DNA of 64,000 bases from Thermotogota bacterium (lineage in GTDB: Bacteria > Hydrothermota > Hydrothermia > LBFQ01). The position numbers and the translations under genes were made by a program. The stretch lies in the NCBI GenBank assembly GCA_013153965.1, contig JAADDJ010000010.1, positions 17,443-81,442 of the forward strand, in the 5' to 3' direction. Of this stretch, positions 17,758-27,585 are shown one piece after another (the stretch's first letter is position 1; every line of letters starts with the position of its first letter). Under the pieces are notes generated by a model. The model did not search any database, was not told the DNA's origin, and worked only from the letters and a program-made list of their open reading frames with translations.

Positions 17758-19881
17758 TTAACGCACCACCACCTTCAGGACCTCGTCATCCACCTTGACG
17801 AAATACACCCCACCGCTCAACCTGACGGGAACCTTCACCCATCCGACCACACCCTTTAGATCCCGTCGCAGGACGGAGCGACCATCAACCGAGAATATCT
17901 CCAACCTCACGTCCCGAACGAAGGGCACCTTCAGGAGGACGTACCCGTCGTCGTAGGATATGACAACTCCGCCCACATCCTCCGGTCGCTCGGCCTTGGC
18001 GGTGGTGGGACACGATATGGTGGTGTCCAGCTCGTACATGATGGCGTCGGCTATGACGACGGTTCCGTCGGGTGCGTCGTCGTACATGACCACGTGGAGG
18101 GTATCGGCGCAGACGCTGTCAAGGAATATCCAACCGGTGTCCGTGCTCTCACCGTACTGGCTAACATAGACGTCCCGAGGGCCGACATCGGCGTATATAC
18201 GATAATGGACGGATGTGCTGCGGTTCGTCCCCTTTCGTACCCAAGCCCAAACCTTATAGCCGGAGTAGCATCCGAGGGGAGAGTACCACACGGAGGAGTC
18301 GGCCGTCCCGCCTACGGTGGCGTACCTGTAATCCCCGTTGTATCCGCTGTAGGAGCTTAGGGTCCATGTTCCGAAGCCCGTCCATCCGGGATCCCCGTCA
18401 TCTACTATGAGGTCCCCGCAGACTGCTCCGCCTCTCCAAGACCATTTAACGGCATCAAAGGCTATGCGATCCCCGCTTATGTCCGAGGAGTCCAGAAGGA
18501 TGACGTAGCCGTAGGACCCCGCCGCGAAGTTGTACGTCCCCAAGGACACCCACTCACCGGAGTAGAGACCCTGATTCACCCATACCGTATCGGTTCCGTC
18601 CTCATGCACTATTATGTAGGGCACGTGGGCATCGTAATCGGCGCCCACGGGGATGTGCGCGAAGACCTCGTAGGGTCCGGCGTAGGGGAGGTTGGGCGTC
18701 CATCTGGCCCAGTTGGCCACGCCGTTCCAAGAGCCCGTGTGCCACATGTGGCCGTAGGCGCCGTAGCCGTTGGCCGAGTCGTAGTACCAGTACTGGCTGG
18801 GCCCGTACTTGCGGAATCCCTGCGAAAGCTCATCCACTATGGTGTCGGCCGGAGGCAGTCCCTCCACCAGAACGCTGTAGTAGGCCCAATCCCAGTAATC
18901 GCCGGGGTCGGTGTGGGTGGCCCCCGGAACCTCAACGTGCCCTATTATGTGGTCCCTGTCGGCCGGGAAGCCGAAGGTTATGGAGGCCATCCGACTGATG
19001 TACGCCGACTTCCTGTAGAGGGTATCGGTGTACCAGCCGTTCTCGCTGACGTACCCCTCGTGCTCCAAGCCGATTGACTGGGTGTTGTAGGTCCAGTTCC
19101 CCGCGTGCCAGGCTATGTCCTTGTGGCACACCATCTGGGTAGCCTCCCCAAGAGGGGCCCCGTCGGAGGAGTTGTACTCCGAATTTATCACGTAGTGGGC
19201 CGAGACGTTGGCGGCGGAATTCTGGAACCACGAGATGGCTCCGTAATAGGTACCTTCGGTCGTGTGAATTATGATGTAGTATATCGGGTAGTCGCTCGGG
19301 CGGTTGGCGGCGGTGTAGTTGGATGGGTCGGCCGGAACCCACTCTTCCACCTCGGGGAATTCCGGACCCGGAGGACACGCGTTGAGACCTTCGGAGGCTT
19401 CGGAGGCCAAATCCTTCGGAATCTCCACCTCCGGATGGGCGCGGGTTGAGAGGATGGGAAACTCAAGGCCTGAGCGGTAAAGGGCCAGAATATCGCGGGC
19501 GAATATCTCCCTCGCACCTTCCGGAGCGTACATCTTCAGAGCGCATACCAGCTCTCCGGAGCACAGGTCAAGGTAGTGTTTCAGAAGGAGGGCGCCGGCC
19601 AATATACCAGCCCTGTCATCCTCCAGTATCTTGCTCTCGGGAATTCCGGAGACGGCTACCGCCTCATCTATGTGGAAGATACCCATCACCCCGTACTGGG
19701 GTAGGGCTTCGGCCTTGGGACTCGGTCCAACGCGATGGAACCGTGTCAATCTGTAGGATATGACCTTCAGGAGGTCGGAATCAACGCCGGTGATGGCCTG
19801 AGCCTCACCGAAGGCCCTCTCCAGCTCCCTCAAACGGGCGAGGGATGAAGCATCCGGACCTGAAAGCAGAAGGAGAAGCAT
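17758..19881 (-). CDS. Secreted Amidase_2 (N-acetylmuramoyl-L-alanine amidase) with two golvesin-like beta domains and T9SS-type CTD
   Basis: IIIHTTEG, SAHY, AWHAG, SIGLEH, HTDPG; paired IVD...DA domains; C-terminal IFSVDGR...SGGVYFVK...KVVVR. Confidence 0.85.
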   Translation of the reverse strand: MLLLLLSGPDASSLARLRELERAFGEAQAITGVDSDLLKVISYRLTRFHRVGPSPKAEALPQYGVMGIFHIDEAVAVSGIPESKILEDDRAGILAGALLLKHYLDLCSGELVCALKMYAPEGAREIFARDILALYRSGLEFPILSTRAHPEVEIPKDLASEASEGLNACPPGPEFPEVEEWVPADPSNYTAANRPSDYPIYYIIIHTTEGTYYGAISWFQNSAANVSAHYVINSEYNSSDGAPLGEATQMVCHKDIAWHAGNWTYNTQSIGLEHEGYVSENGWYTDTLYRKSAYISRMASITFGFPADRDHIIGHVEVPGATHTDPGDYWDWAYYSVLVEGLPPADTIVDELSQGFRKYGPSQYWYYDSANGYGAYGHMWHTGSWNGVANWARWTPNLPYAGPYEVFAHIPVGADYDAHVPYIIVHEDGTDTVWVNQGLYSGEWVSLGTYNFAAGSYGYVILLDSSDISGDRIAFDAVKWSWRGGAVCGDLIVDDGDPGWTGFGTWTLSSYSGYNGDYRYATVGGTADSSVWYSPLGCYSGYKVWAWVRKGTNRSTSVHYRIYADVGPRDVYVSQYGESTDTGWIFLDSVCADTLHVVMYDDAPDGTVVIADAIMYELDTTISCPTTAKAERPEDVGGVVISYDDGYVLLKVPFVRDVRLEIFSVDGRSVLRRDLKGVVGWVKVPVRLSGGVYFVKVDDEVLKVVVR

Positions 19882-19889
19882 GGTTTTTT

Positions 19890-19895
19890 ATTATA
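19890..19895 (-). promoter_or_regulatory. -10 box TATAAT, 8 nt before amidase ATG
   Basis: Minus strand TATAAT aaaaaacc ATG. Confidence 0.7.
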
Positions 19896-19928
19896 ACCCC
19901 GAAATGCTCTCCAATCTACCGTCCCCCG

Positions 19929-19934
19929 TATAAT
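19929..19934 (+). promoter_or_regulatory. -10 box TATAAT of tRNA-Glu (probably also purB)
   Basis: TATAAT 12 nt upstream of the mature tRNA 5' end. Confidence 0.7.
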
Positions 19935-19946
19935 ACGCTCTCCGCC

Positions 19947-20018
19947 GGCCCCATCGTCTAAGGGCTAGGACGCCACTCTTTCAAGGTGGTAGTGCGGGTT
20001 CGAGTCCCGCTGGGGCCA
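19947..20018 (+). tRNA. tRNA-Glu(TTC), CCA not encoded
   Basis: Acceptor GGCCCCA/TGGGGCC plus discriminator A; anticodon arm CCACT-CTTTCAA-GGTGG; T arm GCGGGTTCGAGTCCCGC. Confidence 0.96.
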
Positions 20019-20025
20019 TTTTTTT

Positions 20026-21345
20026 ATGCCCCTTCGCCGATACTCCCGTCCCGAGATGTGGAAACTGTGGTCGGAGGAGGAGAAATTCCGGACTTGGGCC
20101 AAGGTTGAGTGGGCCGTCGCCAAGGCACAGGAGGAGATGGGGATAATACCGAAGGTGGGACTATCGGACTCCCTGGCCGCCCTGCTGGAGGATGAGGATT
20201 TCTGGAGGGATGTACCCGAGAGGGTGGCGGAGAGGGAGCGTATATACGACCACGACGTGCTGGCCTTCCTGTCCGTCCTTGAGGAGAGCCTTGGGAGGGG
20301 AGGCAACTACCTGCACTTCGGCATGACGTCTTCGGATGTGGTTGATACGGCCAACGCTCTACGGATGCGCAAAGCTTTGCTCCTCGTGAGGGAAGAGTTG
20401 CTGCGTCTCGCGAAGGCCCTGTACGATAAGGCCCAAAGGTATAAGTACTCGCCCGTGATGGGTAGGACCCACGGGGTGTTCGCCCAACCCACCACATTCG
20501 GCCTCAAATTCCTCGGTTTCTACTCGGAGGCTCTGCGGGACCTGCGCCGTCTTGACGATGCGATTGAGAGCATCTCCTACGGGAAGATCTCCGGGGCCGT
20601 GGGAAACTACGCCCTGAACCCTCCGGAGGTTGAGGAGAGGGCGCTCGCCCTCCTCGGTCTGAAGGTTGAGCCTGTATCCACCCAGGTCGTACCCCGCGAC
20701 CGCTTCGCCCACGCCCTCAACGTCCTCATGCTCGTTGGAGAGCTCTTGGAGAGGTTGGCTTTGGAAATTAGACTGTCGGCCCGGACCGAGACGGGGGAGA
20801 TGGCCGAGCCGTTCCGCAGGGGACAGAGGGGCTCTTCGGCCATGCCCCACAAACGAAACCCCATAAGGAGCGAGAGGCTCACCGGGATAGCCCGACTGCT
20901 AAGGGGATGGGCCCTGGCGGAGAATGAGAGCGTGGCCCTGTGGCACGAGAGGGATATAAGCCACTCGTCGGTTGAGCGATTCACCCTTGCCGACGCCACC
21001 ACCACCCTCCACTATGCTTTGGGTCTGGCCACGTCCATCGTGGAAGGCCTGGTCGTAAATGAGGATAGGGCCCGGGAGAATATGGAGAGATTCGGGGACT
21101 TCTATCTGTCGTCGGTCCTACTCCTCCTTCTGGTGAGGAAGGGGGTCTCAAGGGATGTGGCATACGAGTGGGTGAAGGAGGTCTCCCAGAGGGCCCACGA
21201 CCGTGGAACGTCCATATACGAGGAGGCGATGAGGCACTCCGAGATCCGCAACTTCCTGACGGAGGAGGAGCTTCGCCGGGGACTGTCGGTGGATTTCAAC
21301 CGCTACGTGGATGTGATCTTCTCCCGATTCGGACCGCCATCCTAA
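20026..21345 (+). CDS. purB: Adenylosuccinate lyase
   Basis: HDV.AF, HFGMTSSD, GRTHG, SGAVG, GSSAMPHKRNP, HERDISHSSVER. Confidence 0.96.
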   Translation: MPLRRYSRPEMWKLWSEEEKFRTWAKVEWAVAKAQEEMGIIPKVGLSDSLAALLEDEDFWRDVPERVAERERIYDHDVLAFLSVLEESLGRGGNYLHFGMTSSDVVDTANALRMRKALLLVREELLRLAKALYDKAQRYKYSPVMGRTHGVFAQPTTFGLKFLGFYSEALRDLRRLDDAIESISYGKISGAVGNYALNPPEVEERALALLGLKVEPVSTQVVPRDRFAHALNVLMLVGELLERLALEIRLSARTETGEMAEPFRRGQRGSSAMPHKRNPIRSERLTGIARLLRGWALAENESVALWHERDISHSSVERFTLADATTTLHYALGLATSIVEGLVVNEDRARENMERFGDFYLSSVLLLLLVRKGVSRDVAYEWVKEVSQRAHDRGTSIYEEAMRHSEIRNFLTEEELRRGLSVDFNRYVDVIFSRFGPPS

Positions 21346-24300
21346 GAGTCGCCGTACCTGTCGGGCGACAGTATGGCGTAGGCGACGGGAACCACCAGAA
21401 GGGTGGTGACCAGCGAGAAGAGCAAACCTCCGGATAGGGAAACTCCCAACCCCTCCCAGAATTCCGAGCCCTCAAGTCTCAAGATGGCCAAGGGCAGCAC
21501 GCCCAAGGCTGTGGTCAGGGCCGACATGAGGACGGGGCGCAACCTTCTCCTTGAGGCTTCAACTATGGCCCCGTACTTGTCCATTCCCCTACGCCGAAGC
21601 AGGTTCGCGTAATCCACGAGAACTATGGCGTTATTCACGACCAATCCCACCAGCGCCACCAGACCGACGAATGCCGTCATCGTGAAGGGTCTTCCCAGAA
21701 GGAGGAATCCCAAGGATGCCCCGGCGAGGCCGAAGGGAACGCTCGTTAAGAAGATTATGAGCGACTGCCGGAAGCTCTCAAACTGGGCGGCCACCGTCAG
21801 GAATATTATGAGAATGGCCAGAACGAGCAGAACGCCCATCTGCCTGAAGCTCTGGGCCATGCGCCTGAATGTGCCGCCGAATTCGTAATGGTACCCGGTC
21901 GGGAACTCCACTTCCTCCAACTTGCGGGATAACTCCTTACGAATCTCTCCCAAGGGTCTTCCAGATGGCTCGGCCGACACCTCAACGTATCTGATCCTGT
22001 TCCGCCTGTCTATCCTGACGGAGGCCAAACGCTCCTCAAGGGAGAGGACGTTTCCAAGGGGTACCCTGCCGAGGCTCAACGCTAGCACGTCCTCCGCCCC
22101 ATCAACGTACTTGGGGTCCATGCGGGCTACCACGTCTAGATTCTTCCCCCCGGTCTTTAGGGTGAATACGGTCCTTCCATGCACGGCGTAGCGAAGGAAG
22201 TTGGCCACCTGAAATGGCGTTATCCCGTACATGTACATCACCTCACGGTCCAACCTCGCCACCATCTCCGGGGCCGGCTTTCCCCTTGATATGCTCACGC
22301 TCCTGACACCTTCAACCGTGCGCATCACGTGCGCCACGACTTGGGCCAAACTGTCCAAGACTTTGAAGTCGTCGCCGTATATCTCAACGGATACCCCCTT
22401 TCCGCCCCCGAAGAGGAGCTGGGAACCGTGCCCCGTCGTGGAGACGCTGTACTCCTCCACTCCGGGGACCTCCGCCGCGAGACGCTCTATATCGCCGGCT
22501 ACACTTTCTATGCTTCTCCTCTGGCCTCGGGGCTTGAGTCTGACGGTTATCTCCCCCGTGTATGGGGCCTCGGTCGTCCCGAATAGGGCGGAGAAACCGG
22601 TCTCCGATTGACCGACACGGAGGACGGCCATCTCAACGTCCGGCAACTCGCGGATCCTATCGTAAAGCTCCTTGAGGACGGCGTAGGTCTTCTCCAGGGA
22701 GGTTCCCCGCTCAAGCTGGATGTTTAGGACTATCCTACCCTCGTCCAATTTGGGGAAGAAGTCGGTCTTCACGAAACGCCACGCCGAGCCGACGATGACG
22801 AGGAGTAGGGCGAAGACCGCGGCCCACTTCCACCTGTGCCTCACCAGTATCCCCACCAGTCTGTGGTAAGCCCTCTCCAGAGGGATGAACCACCTCGGCT
22901 CTCCCTTGGGACGCAGGCGGAGATGGTTCGCGGCGAGGGAGGGTACCACGGTCAGGGCCAAGAAGAGGCTGGTGGCATACACGATTATCGTGATTATGGC
23001 CAGCTCCTTGAACATCACGCCGACGAATCCGGGGACGAAGAGAAGCGGGAAGAGGACGACGAAGTTCGTTATCGTGGCGGCGGTTATGGCACCGGCAACC
23101 TCCTTGGTGGCGAATATAGCCCCCTCGCGCGGTGGCTCCCCCTTGAGCCTGTGGAAGAAGATGTTCTCAACCACAACTATGGCCGCATCCACCACGCTTC
23201 CGACGGCTATGGCCATGGCGGACAGGGATATCATGTTTATGGAGCTTCCCGTCAGGTAGAGGTAGAGGAACGAGAGGGTGAGAGAGGTGGGAATGGTCAG
23301 GGCTATGATGAGAGCCGAGCGTATGTCTATGAGGAAGAGGAAGGCCACGATTATCACGATGAAGGAGGCCAAGAGGAGGGTGCGGGTCAGGTTGGCCACG
23401 GAGTTCCTTATGAAGGTTGAGCCGTCGGAATATATGGTAAATTGCACCGGATAGTACCTCTCCAACTCCTTAAACTTCCTCTTGACGGCGTCGGCCACCT
23501 TGACGGCGTTGGCGTCCGCCTGCTTCTGGACGGAGAAGAAGACCGCCTCCCTGTTGCCACTCAGAACGTAGGTCCTCCTCTCGGCGTAGCCGTCCTCAAC
23601 CTCGGCCACCTCCTCAAGTCTCACGGGCCTTCCACCCACGTATCCGACCACCGCCCTCTTCAGGTCCTCAACGCTCCTTATGGTGCTGGGCACCCGGAGG
23701 ACCATCTGCCTGTCGCCCAGCTTGAGGTCCCCGACGGGTACATCCATACTCTGGGCCTCCAGAAGACGCACCATATCCTCAAAGGTCAGACCGTATCCCT
23801 CCAGACGCTTCCTATCAACGAGGACGTTTATCTGCCGCTTTCTCCCGCCCCCGAAGAGGAGAACCGATCCCACGCCATCCACCCTCTGAAGCTCATCCTC
23901 CATCACCTCCTCCGCCCAGTAGCGGGTGTCAAAACCCTCGTCGGTTGAGACTACCCCCGCGACTATTATGGGGAACTGGCCCACGTCAAACTTGAAGACC
24001 AGAGGCTCCAGTATGTCCTTCGGCAGGCGTGGCCGGGCGAAGTTTATCCTATCCCTAACCTCAACGGCCGCCTGGTCCATGTCGGTGCCGTACTTGAAGG
24101 TTATGGTTATGGCCCCCACGCCCTGCTGGCTGGTGCTCTTTATCTCATCAACGTTCTCAAGGACGGAGAACTCCTTCTCTAAAACCTCCACCACGTTCCT
24201 CTCCACGTCCTCGGGTGAGGCGCCCGGATACTGAACTATGACAGAGACGGAGGGGAGGGAGAAGTTGGGGAAGAGGTCTATTCCCAGATTGGAGAGCCCG

Positions 24301-24374
24301 AAGGCGCCGCCTATAAGCATCAGGAGGAGTACGACCAGCGAGAAGACGGGCCGCCTCACGAAGAAGGAGGTCAT
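21342..24374 (-). CDS. RND efflux transporter permease (AcrB/AcrD/AcrF family)
   Basis: FFVRRPV, YPGASPEDVE, VVDAAIVVVEN, RLRPVLMSALTT; start ATG 24374 after TATAAT. Confidence 0.93.
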   Translation of the reverse strand: MTSFFVRRPVFSLVVLLLMLIGGAFGLSNLGIDLFPNFSLPSVSVIVQYPGASPEDVERNVVEVLEKEFSVLENVDEIKSTSQQGVGAITITFKYGTDMDQAAVEVRDRINFARPRLPKDILEPLVFKFDVGQFPIIVAGVVSTDEGFDTRYWAEEVMEDELQRVDGVGSVLLFGGGRKRQINVLVDRKRLEGYGLTFEDMVRLLEAQSMDVPVGDLKLGDRQMVLRVPSTIRSVEDLKRAVVGYVGGRPVRLEEVAEVEDGYAERRTYVLSGNREAVFFSVQKQADANAVKVADAVKRKFKELERYYPVQFTIYSDGSTFIRNSVANLTRTLLLASFIVIIVAFLFLIDIRSALIIALTIPTSLTLSFLYLYLTGSSINMISLSAMAIAVGSVVDAAIVVVENIFFHRLKGEPPREGAIFATKEVAGAITAATITNFVVLFPLLFVPGFVGVMFKELAIITIIVYATSLFLALTVVPSLAANHLRLRPKGEPRWFIPLERAYHRLVGILVRHRWKWAAVFALLLVIVGSAWRFVKTDFFPKLDEGRIVLNIQLERGTSLEKTYAVLKELYDRIRELPDVEMAVLRVGQSETGFSALFGTTEAPYTGEITVRLKPRGQRRSIESVAGDIERLAAEVPGVEEYSVSTTGHGSQLLFGGGKGVSVEIYGDDFKVLDSLAQVVAHVMRTVEGVRSVSISRGKPAPEMVARLDREVMYMYGITPFQVANFLRYAVHGRTVFTLKTGGKNLDVVARMDPKYVDGAEDVLALSLGRVPLGNVLSLEERLASVRIDRRNRIRYVEVSAEPSGRPLGEIRKELSRKLEEVEFPTGYHYEFGGTFRRMAQSFRQMGVLLVLAILIIFLTVAAQFESFRQSLIIFLTSVPFGLAGASLGFLLLGRPFTMTAFVGLVALVGLVVNNAIVLVDYANLLRRRGMDKYGAIVEASRRRLRPVLMSALTTALGVLPLAILRLEGSEFWEGLGVSLSGGLLFSLVTTLLVVPVAYAILSPDRYGDS

Positions 24375-24431
24375 CGGCCGGATATTATACGGGCGATTTG
24401 AACGATCGTTCAAAAGAGATGATTCCCTCGG

Positions 24432-25916
24432 CTACAGGGAGCCTTTGAATTTTAGTATCCTGAATCCCTCGTCGTCAAAATATTCGCCGTGGGAGATAAC
24501 GATGAGCGTCTTACCCTGAGTCTTGGATAAAATTTTATTTTTAAAGAACTCTCGTTCATCGGACGAGATGTTGGCGAGAGGCTCGTCAAATATATAGACG
24601 TCCGCATCCTTTGAAAGGGCGAGCGCTATCGCTAACTTTTGCTTCTGCCCCGCAGATAAGGTACCCGCCGCATTACTTTTGAGCTCTTCAATGTTGAACT
24701 CCCTTAGCGTTCCTTCATCTACGATCTCCCCAACCTTAACATTTGGGAACTCAAAAGGTTGAGTGATTGAAGAGATGGTTTTAGGCAGAATTACCTTCCC
24801 ACTCTCAGGACTCAAAATTCCCGATATTACGTTGGCAAAGGTCGTCTTGCCCGTCCCATTCCTCCCTTTTATGAGTACCCTTTCCCCTTTATTTATCAGC
24901 ACCGTGATGTCCGTCAGTATGGTTTTATCGCCGTACGATACCTTTAAATTCTCAACGTATATGTTGGGGCCAAGCGTGTAATAATCGGTCTCTCTAAGCC
25001 CGACAAATTCATAGAACCTTTCTATATACCTCCAAGAGCTCACCATCTCGGGGAGTAAGGATAAACTGGTCCCTATGTACCTTGATACTAAACCTATAGC
25101 ACCTATAAAGGTTATAAATTCCCCAAGGGTTATTTTATTGCTTAAAACCTCAAAACTTACCAAACATATAAATACAAACATAATGGCGTAATTTAACGTA
25201 TTGCCTATATGGGAAATGGCGAAGCTCCTTGATTTGAGCGTGAGGATCCCACTGAAGGTCTCGTTTATATAATCAGTCAAATAGTCCCTCACGATACCGG
25301 GAAAACCGAGCAAATTTCTAATTATTTGGTAAGATTTTATAAAATCCAGTATCACCCCCTTGATGAAGGCTTCCGACTCGCCCACGTTCTCCGCCAACTT
25401 TCGGAGAGATCCGTGCATCCTCACCATAAGAATATTTATCATGGCGGCACTTATGATGAATGCAATTGCCAGCGAAAGATGTATTTTTAATGCGGTGATC
25501 ATTCCATTAACGATGACCCCGATTATATAAAACAACCCCATCGTGGAGACGATGAGACCCTCCAAGCCCGTATCTATATCGTCATATATTCTTGATGCGA
25601 CGTACCCCGCATTCTCTAAGGTTCTAATGTCCTTGTGGTATATGAAGTTTAAATTATCGTATATCTCGTCTCTCACAATCCACATCTTGATGAAATAACC
25701 CAAGAAATCGGCAAATATGTAAATTAGAGGGTAAGCTACGAGCAATATCAGGAAAATGGCCGAGTATTTCAAGAAACCCGCCTCATCATGTTTGTATAAA
25801 GTATCCGTGATATGGCCCTCAAGAATTGGGAAATAAACTTCCAGTACTCCCATCGCGAGGTTTATCAGCAGCAGAGGAAGTATCGTTATCAAGGATTTTC
25901 TCAATACTCTAAGCAA
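24432..25916 (-). CDS. ABC exporter, fused permease plus ATPase
   Basis: N-terminal TM domain; GRNGTGKT, LSAGQ, IFDEP, ISH. Confidence 0.88.
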   Translation of the reverse strand: MLRVLRKSLITILPLLLINLAMGVLEVYFPILEGHITDTLYKHDEAGFLKYSAIFLILLVAYPLIYIFADFLGYFIKMWIVRDEIYDNLNFIYHKDIRTLENAGYVASRIYDDIDTGLEGLIVSTMGLFYIIGVIVNGMITALKIHLSLAIAFIISAAMINILMVRMHGSLRKLAENVGESEAFIKGVILDFIKSYQIIRNLLGFPGIVRDYLTDYINETFSGILTLKSRSFAISHIGNTLNYAIMFVFICLVSFEVLSNKITLGEFITFIGAIGLVSRYIGTSLSLLPEMVSSWRYIERFYEFVGLRETDYYTLGPNIYVENLKVSYGDKTILTDITVLINKGERVLIKGRNGTGKTTFANVISGILSPESGKVILPKTISSITQPFEFPNVKVGEIVDEGTLREFNIEELKSNAAGTLSAGQKQKLAIALALSKDADVYIFDEPLANISSDEREFFKNKILSKTQGKTLIVISHGEYFDDEGFRILKFKGSL

Positions 25917-27399
25917 TTCTTACCTCCCTGAAGTTCCCGAAATTTCCACGCTTCATGTGCTGAATAATTATCAGTATCCCGTTGGATGTTCTTGATAGTA
26001 TAAGCGCCGATATTTCTCTGCTCATAATTTCATCCAAACTCTCCAAAGGTTCATCAAAAATGTATGCATCGGCCTTCTTAGAAAGTGCCAGTAAAATTCC
26101 AACAACCCGCTTTTGCCCTATAGAAAGCTCCGTACAGAGATTTTCCTTTACGCTGTCCAGTCCGTACCGTTTCAAAGTTTCCGGATCAACCATATCCTTA
26201 ACCCTCGCAGGGGGAAGATGTACAGGTAAAATAAGGGAAGACAAGTTGCGCGGCGTAATAACCTTCCCCTTCAAAGGTTCCAAGTTTCCGGATATTATGT
26301 GGGCCAATGTGGTTTTCCCCGAACCGTTGGGGCCAGTTATGAGTACTCTATCCGAATTTTTGGCCACGAAGTGCAAATTTTTTAATACTTCTTTTTCTCC
26401 ATAGGAGGCGTATATACCCTCGCATTCTATGTAATCCTTAAATATGCGGTATTCCCGCAGAGGCGATAGGCCTTCTCGCAATTTATTCCTATATACTTGG
26501 ATCTCCCTATATACAGGTATGAGCGAAGTTATATCCGAGAAAATATCACCGTACTTCCTTACAAGATAAACCATCGCTAAAAGGGAGCTTATAGATAGGC
26601 CACCTCTTAGAACCATATATCCACCGATAAGAATGATGACCACATACACACCCTGATACAGGAACCACGAAATGTTGGAAATTATTGAGAGTGCCGCTTC
26701 AAATTTCAAATATTTTGTTTTAAATTTTTCAAACGGCTTAATGATATAGGACCTTTGCAGCCCTATGATTCTCCACAATTTGAAGGATTTCAATACATCA
26801 ATCAGACGATTTTTAAATCTTAGCCTCTCATCCATCTCCCTCTTTTTCGTCTCACCTATATACCTTGACAGGTAATTGACGACCGAAAATGCCGATAGAA
26901 AGATTATTATGCTTAAGATAAACATCCTGTGAGATAGATACATTCCTACCGCTACCATGAATATTCCACCGAATAGAGCGTTCAACAGTTTGTGGAAGAA
27001 CTCCACCTCCTTGGAGGCCATATTCATTGAGGTGTTGAAGATGAGATTTAAATATCTGCCTTCCTCTCTCGCTCTCTTAACATCTAAGCGATAAAATTCC
27101 TCCATACTTCGGATTATATTTTTCTCTGCCATCTCAAGGTGTAATTTTGCCCTAAGGTAATTGCCAAGATGCTCAAAGGTGGATGAGCCTACAGCGGCGA
27201 GCATGATACCACCCGCGAACAAGAGCGCTTTTATGAAAATTTTGTCATATATGATGATATCTATCAATCTTTTATAAAATATCGGTATCACTAACAGCGA
27301 AAGTAAATGCAACAATATCGCCGTCGCGAACATGAGCCTCCATTTCATCACGCTCCGCAAAATACTGGGACATTTTCTGAATTTGTCAAGTATCCCCAT
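25909..27399 (-). CDS. ABC exporter, fused permease plus ATPase
   Basis: TM domain; GPNGSGKT, LSIGQ, IFDEP, IQH. Confidence 0.88.
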   Translation of the reverse strand: MGILDKFRKCPSILRSVMKWRLMFATAILLHLLSLLVIPIFYKRLIDIIIYDKIFIKALLFAGGIMLAAVGSSTFEHLGNYLRAKLHLEMAEKNIIRSMEEFYRLDVKRAREEGRYLNLIFNTSMNMASKEVEFFHKLLNALFGGIFMVAVGMYLSHRMFILSIIIFLSAFSVVNYLSRYIGETKKREMDERLRFKNRLIDVLKSFKLWRIIGLQRSYIIKPFEKFKTKYLKFEAALSIISNISWFLYQGVYVVIILIGGYMVLRGGLSISSLLAMVYLVRKYGDIFSDITSLIPVYREIQVYRNKLREGLSPLREYRIFKDYIECEGIYASYGEKEVLKNLHFVAKNSDRVLITGPNGSGKTTLAHIISGNLEPLKGKVITPRNLSSLILPVHLPPARVKDMVDPETLKRYGLDSVKENLCTELSIGQKRVVGILLALSKKADAYIFDEPLESLDEIMSREISALILSRTSNGILIIIQHMKRGNFGNFREVRIA

Positions 27400-27570
27400 T
27401 TTGCACGTTAGTTTTTCACGTTTTCAAGCGTGAATTTTCAACGGAAGACAGAACGAAGGACCTTTGTAATATACACCTCCGAGTATGATGCGTCCCCTCA
27501 CAATGAGAGCATGTTTCCGCGGTTCAACGAATTACTAACACCTACCACCACAGATCCGCCGGTGCAGGGG

Positions 27571-27576
27571 TAGAAT
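27571..27576 (+). promoter_or_regulatory. -10 box TAGAAT, 9 nt before gdhA ATG
   Basis: TAGAAT accgacccc ATG; no SD. Confidence 0.65.
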
Positions 27577-27585
27577 ACCGACCCC

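Larger units (their letters stand above)
24415..27540. other. AT-rich horizontally acquired islet (boundaries approximate)
   Basis: Abrupt drop in GC and switch to AT-ending codons; no integrase or flanking repeat seen. Confidence 0.75.

Noticed and set aside
19947..20030. tRNA-Glu as an integration site for the AT-rich islet
   Set aside because: Followed directly by purB; I saw no duplicated tRNA 3' end or integrase, and the islet is over 4 kb away
21342..27399. RND pump and ABC pair as one efflux system
   Set aside because: Different base composition, and the RND gene has its own TATAAT box; adjacency is likely incidental
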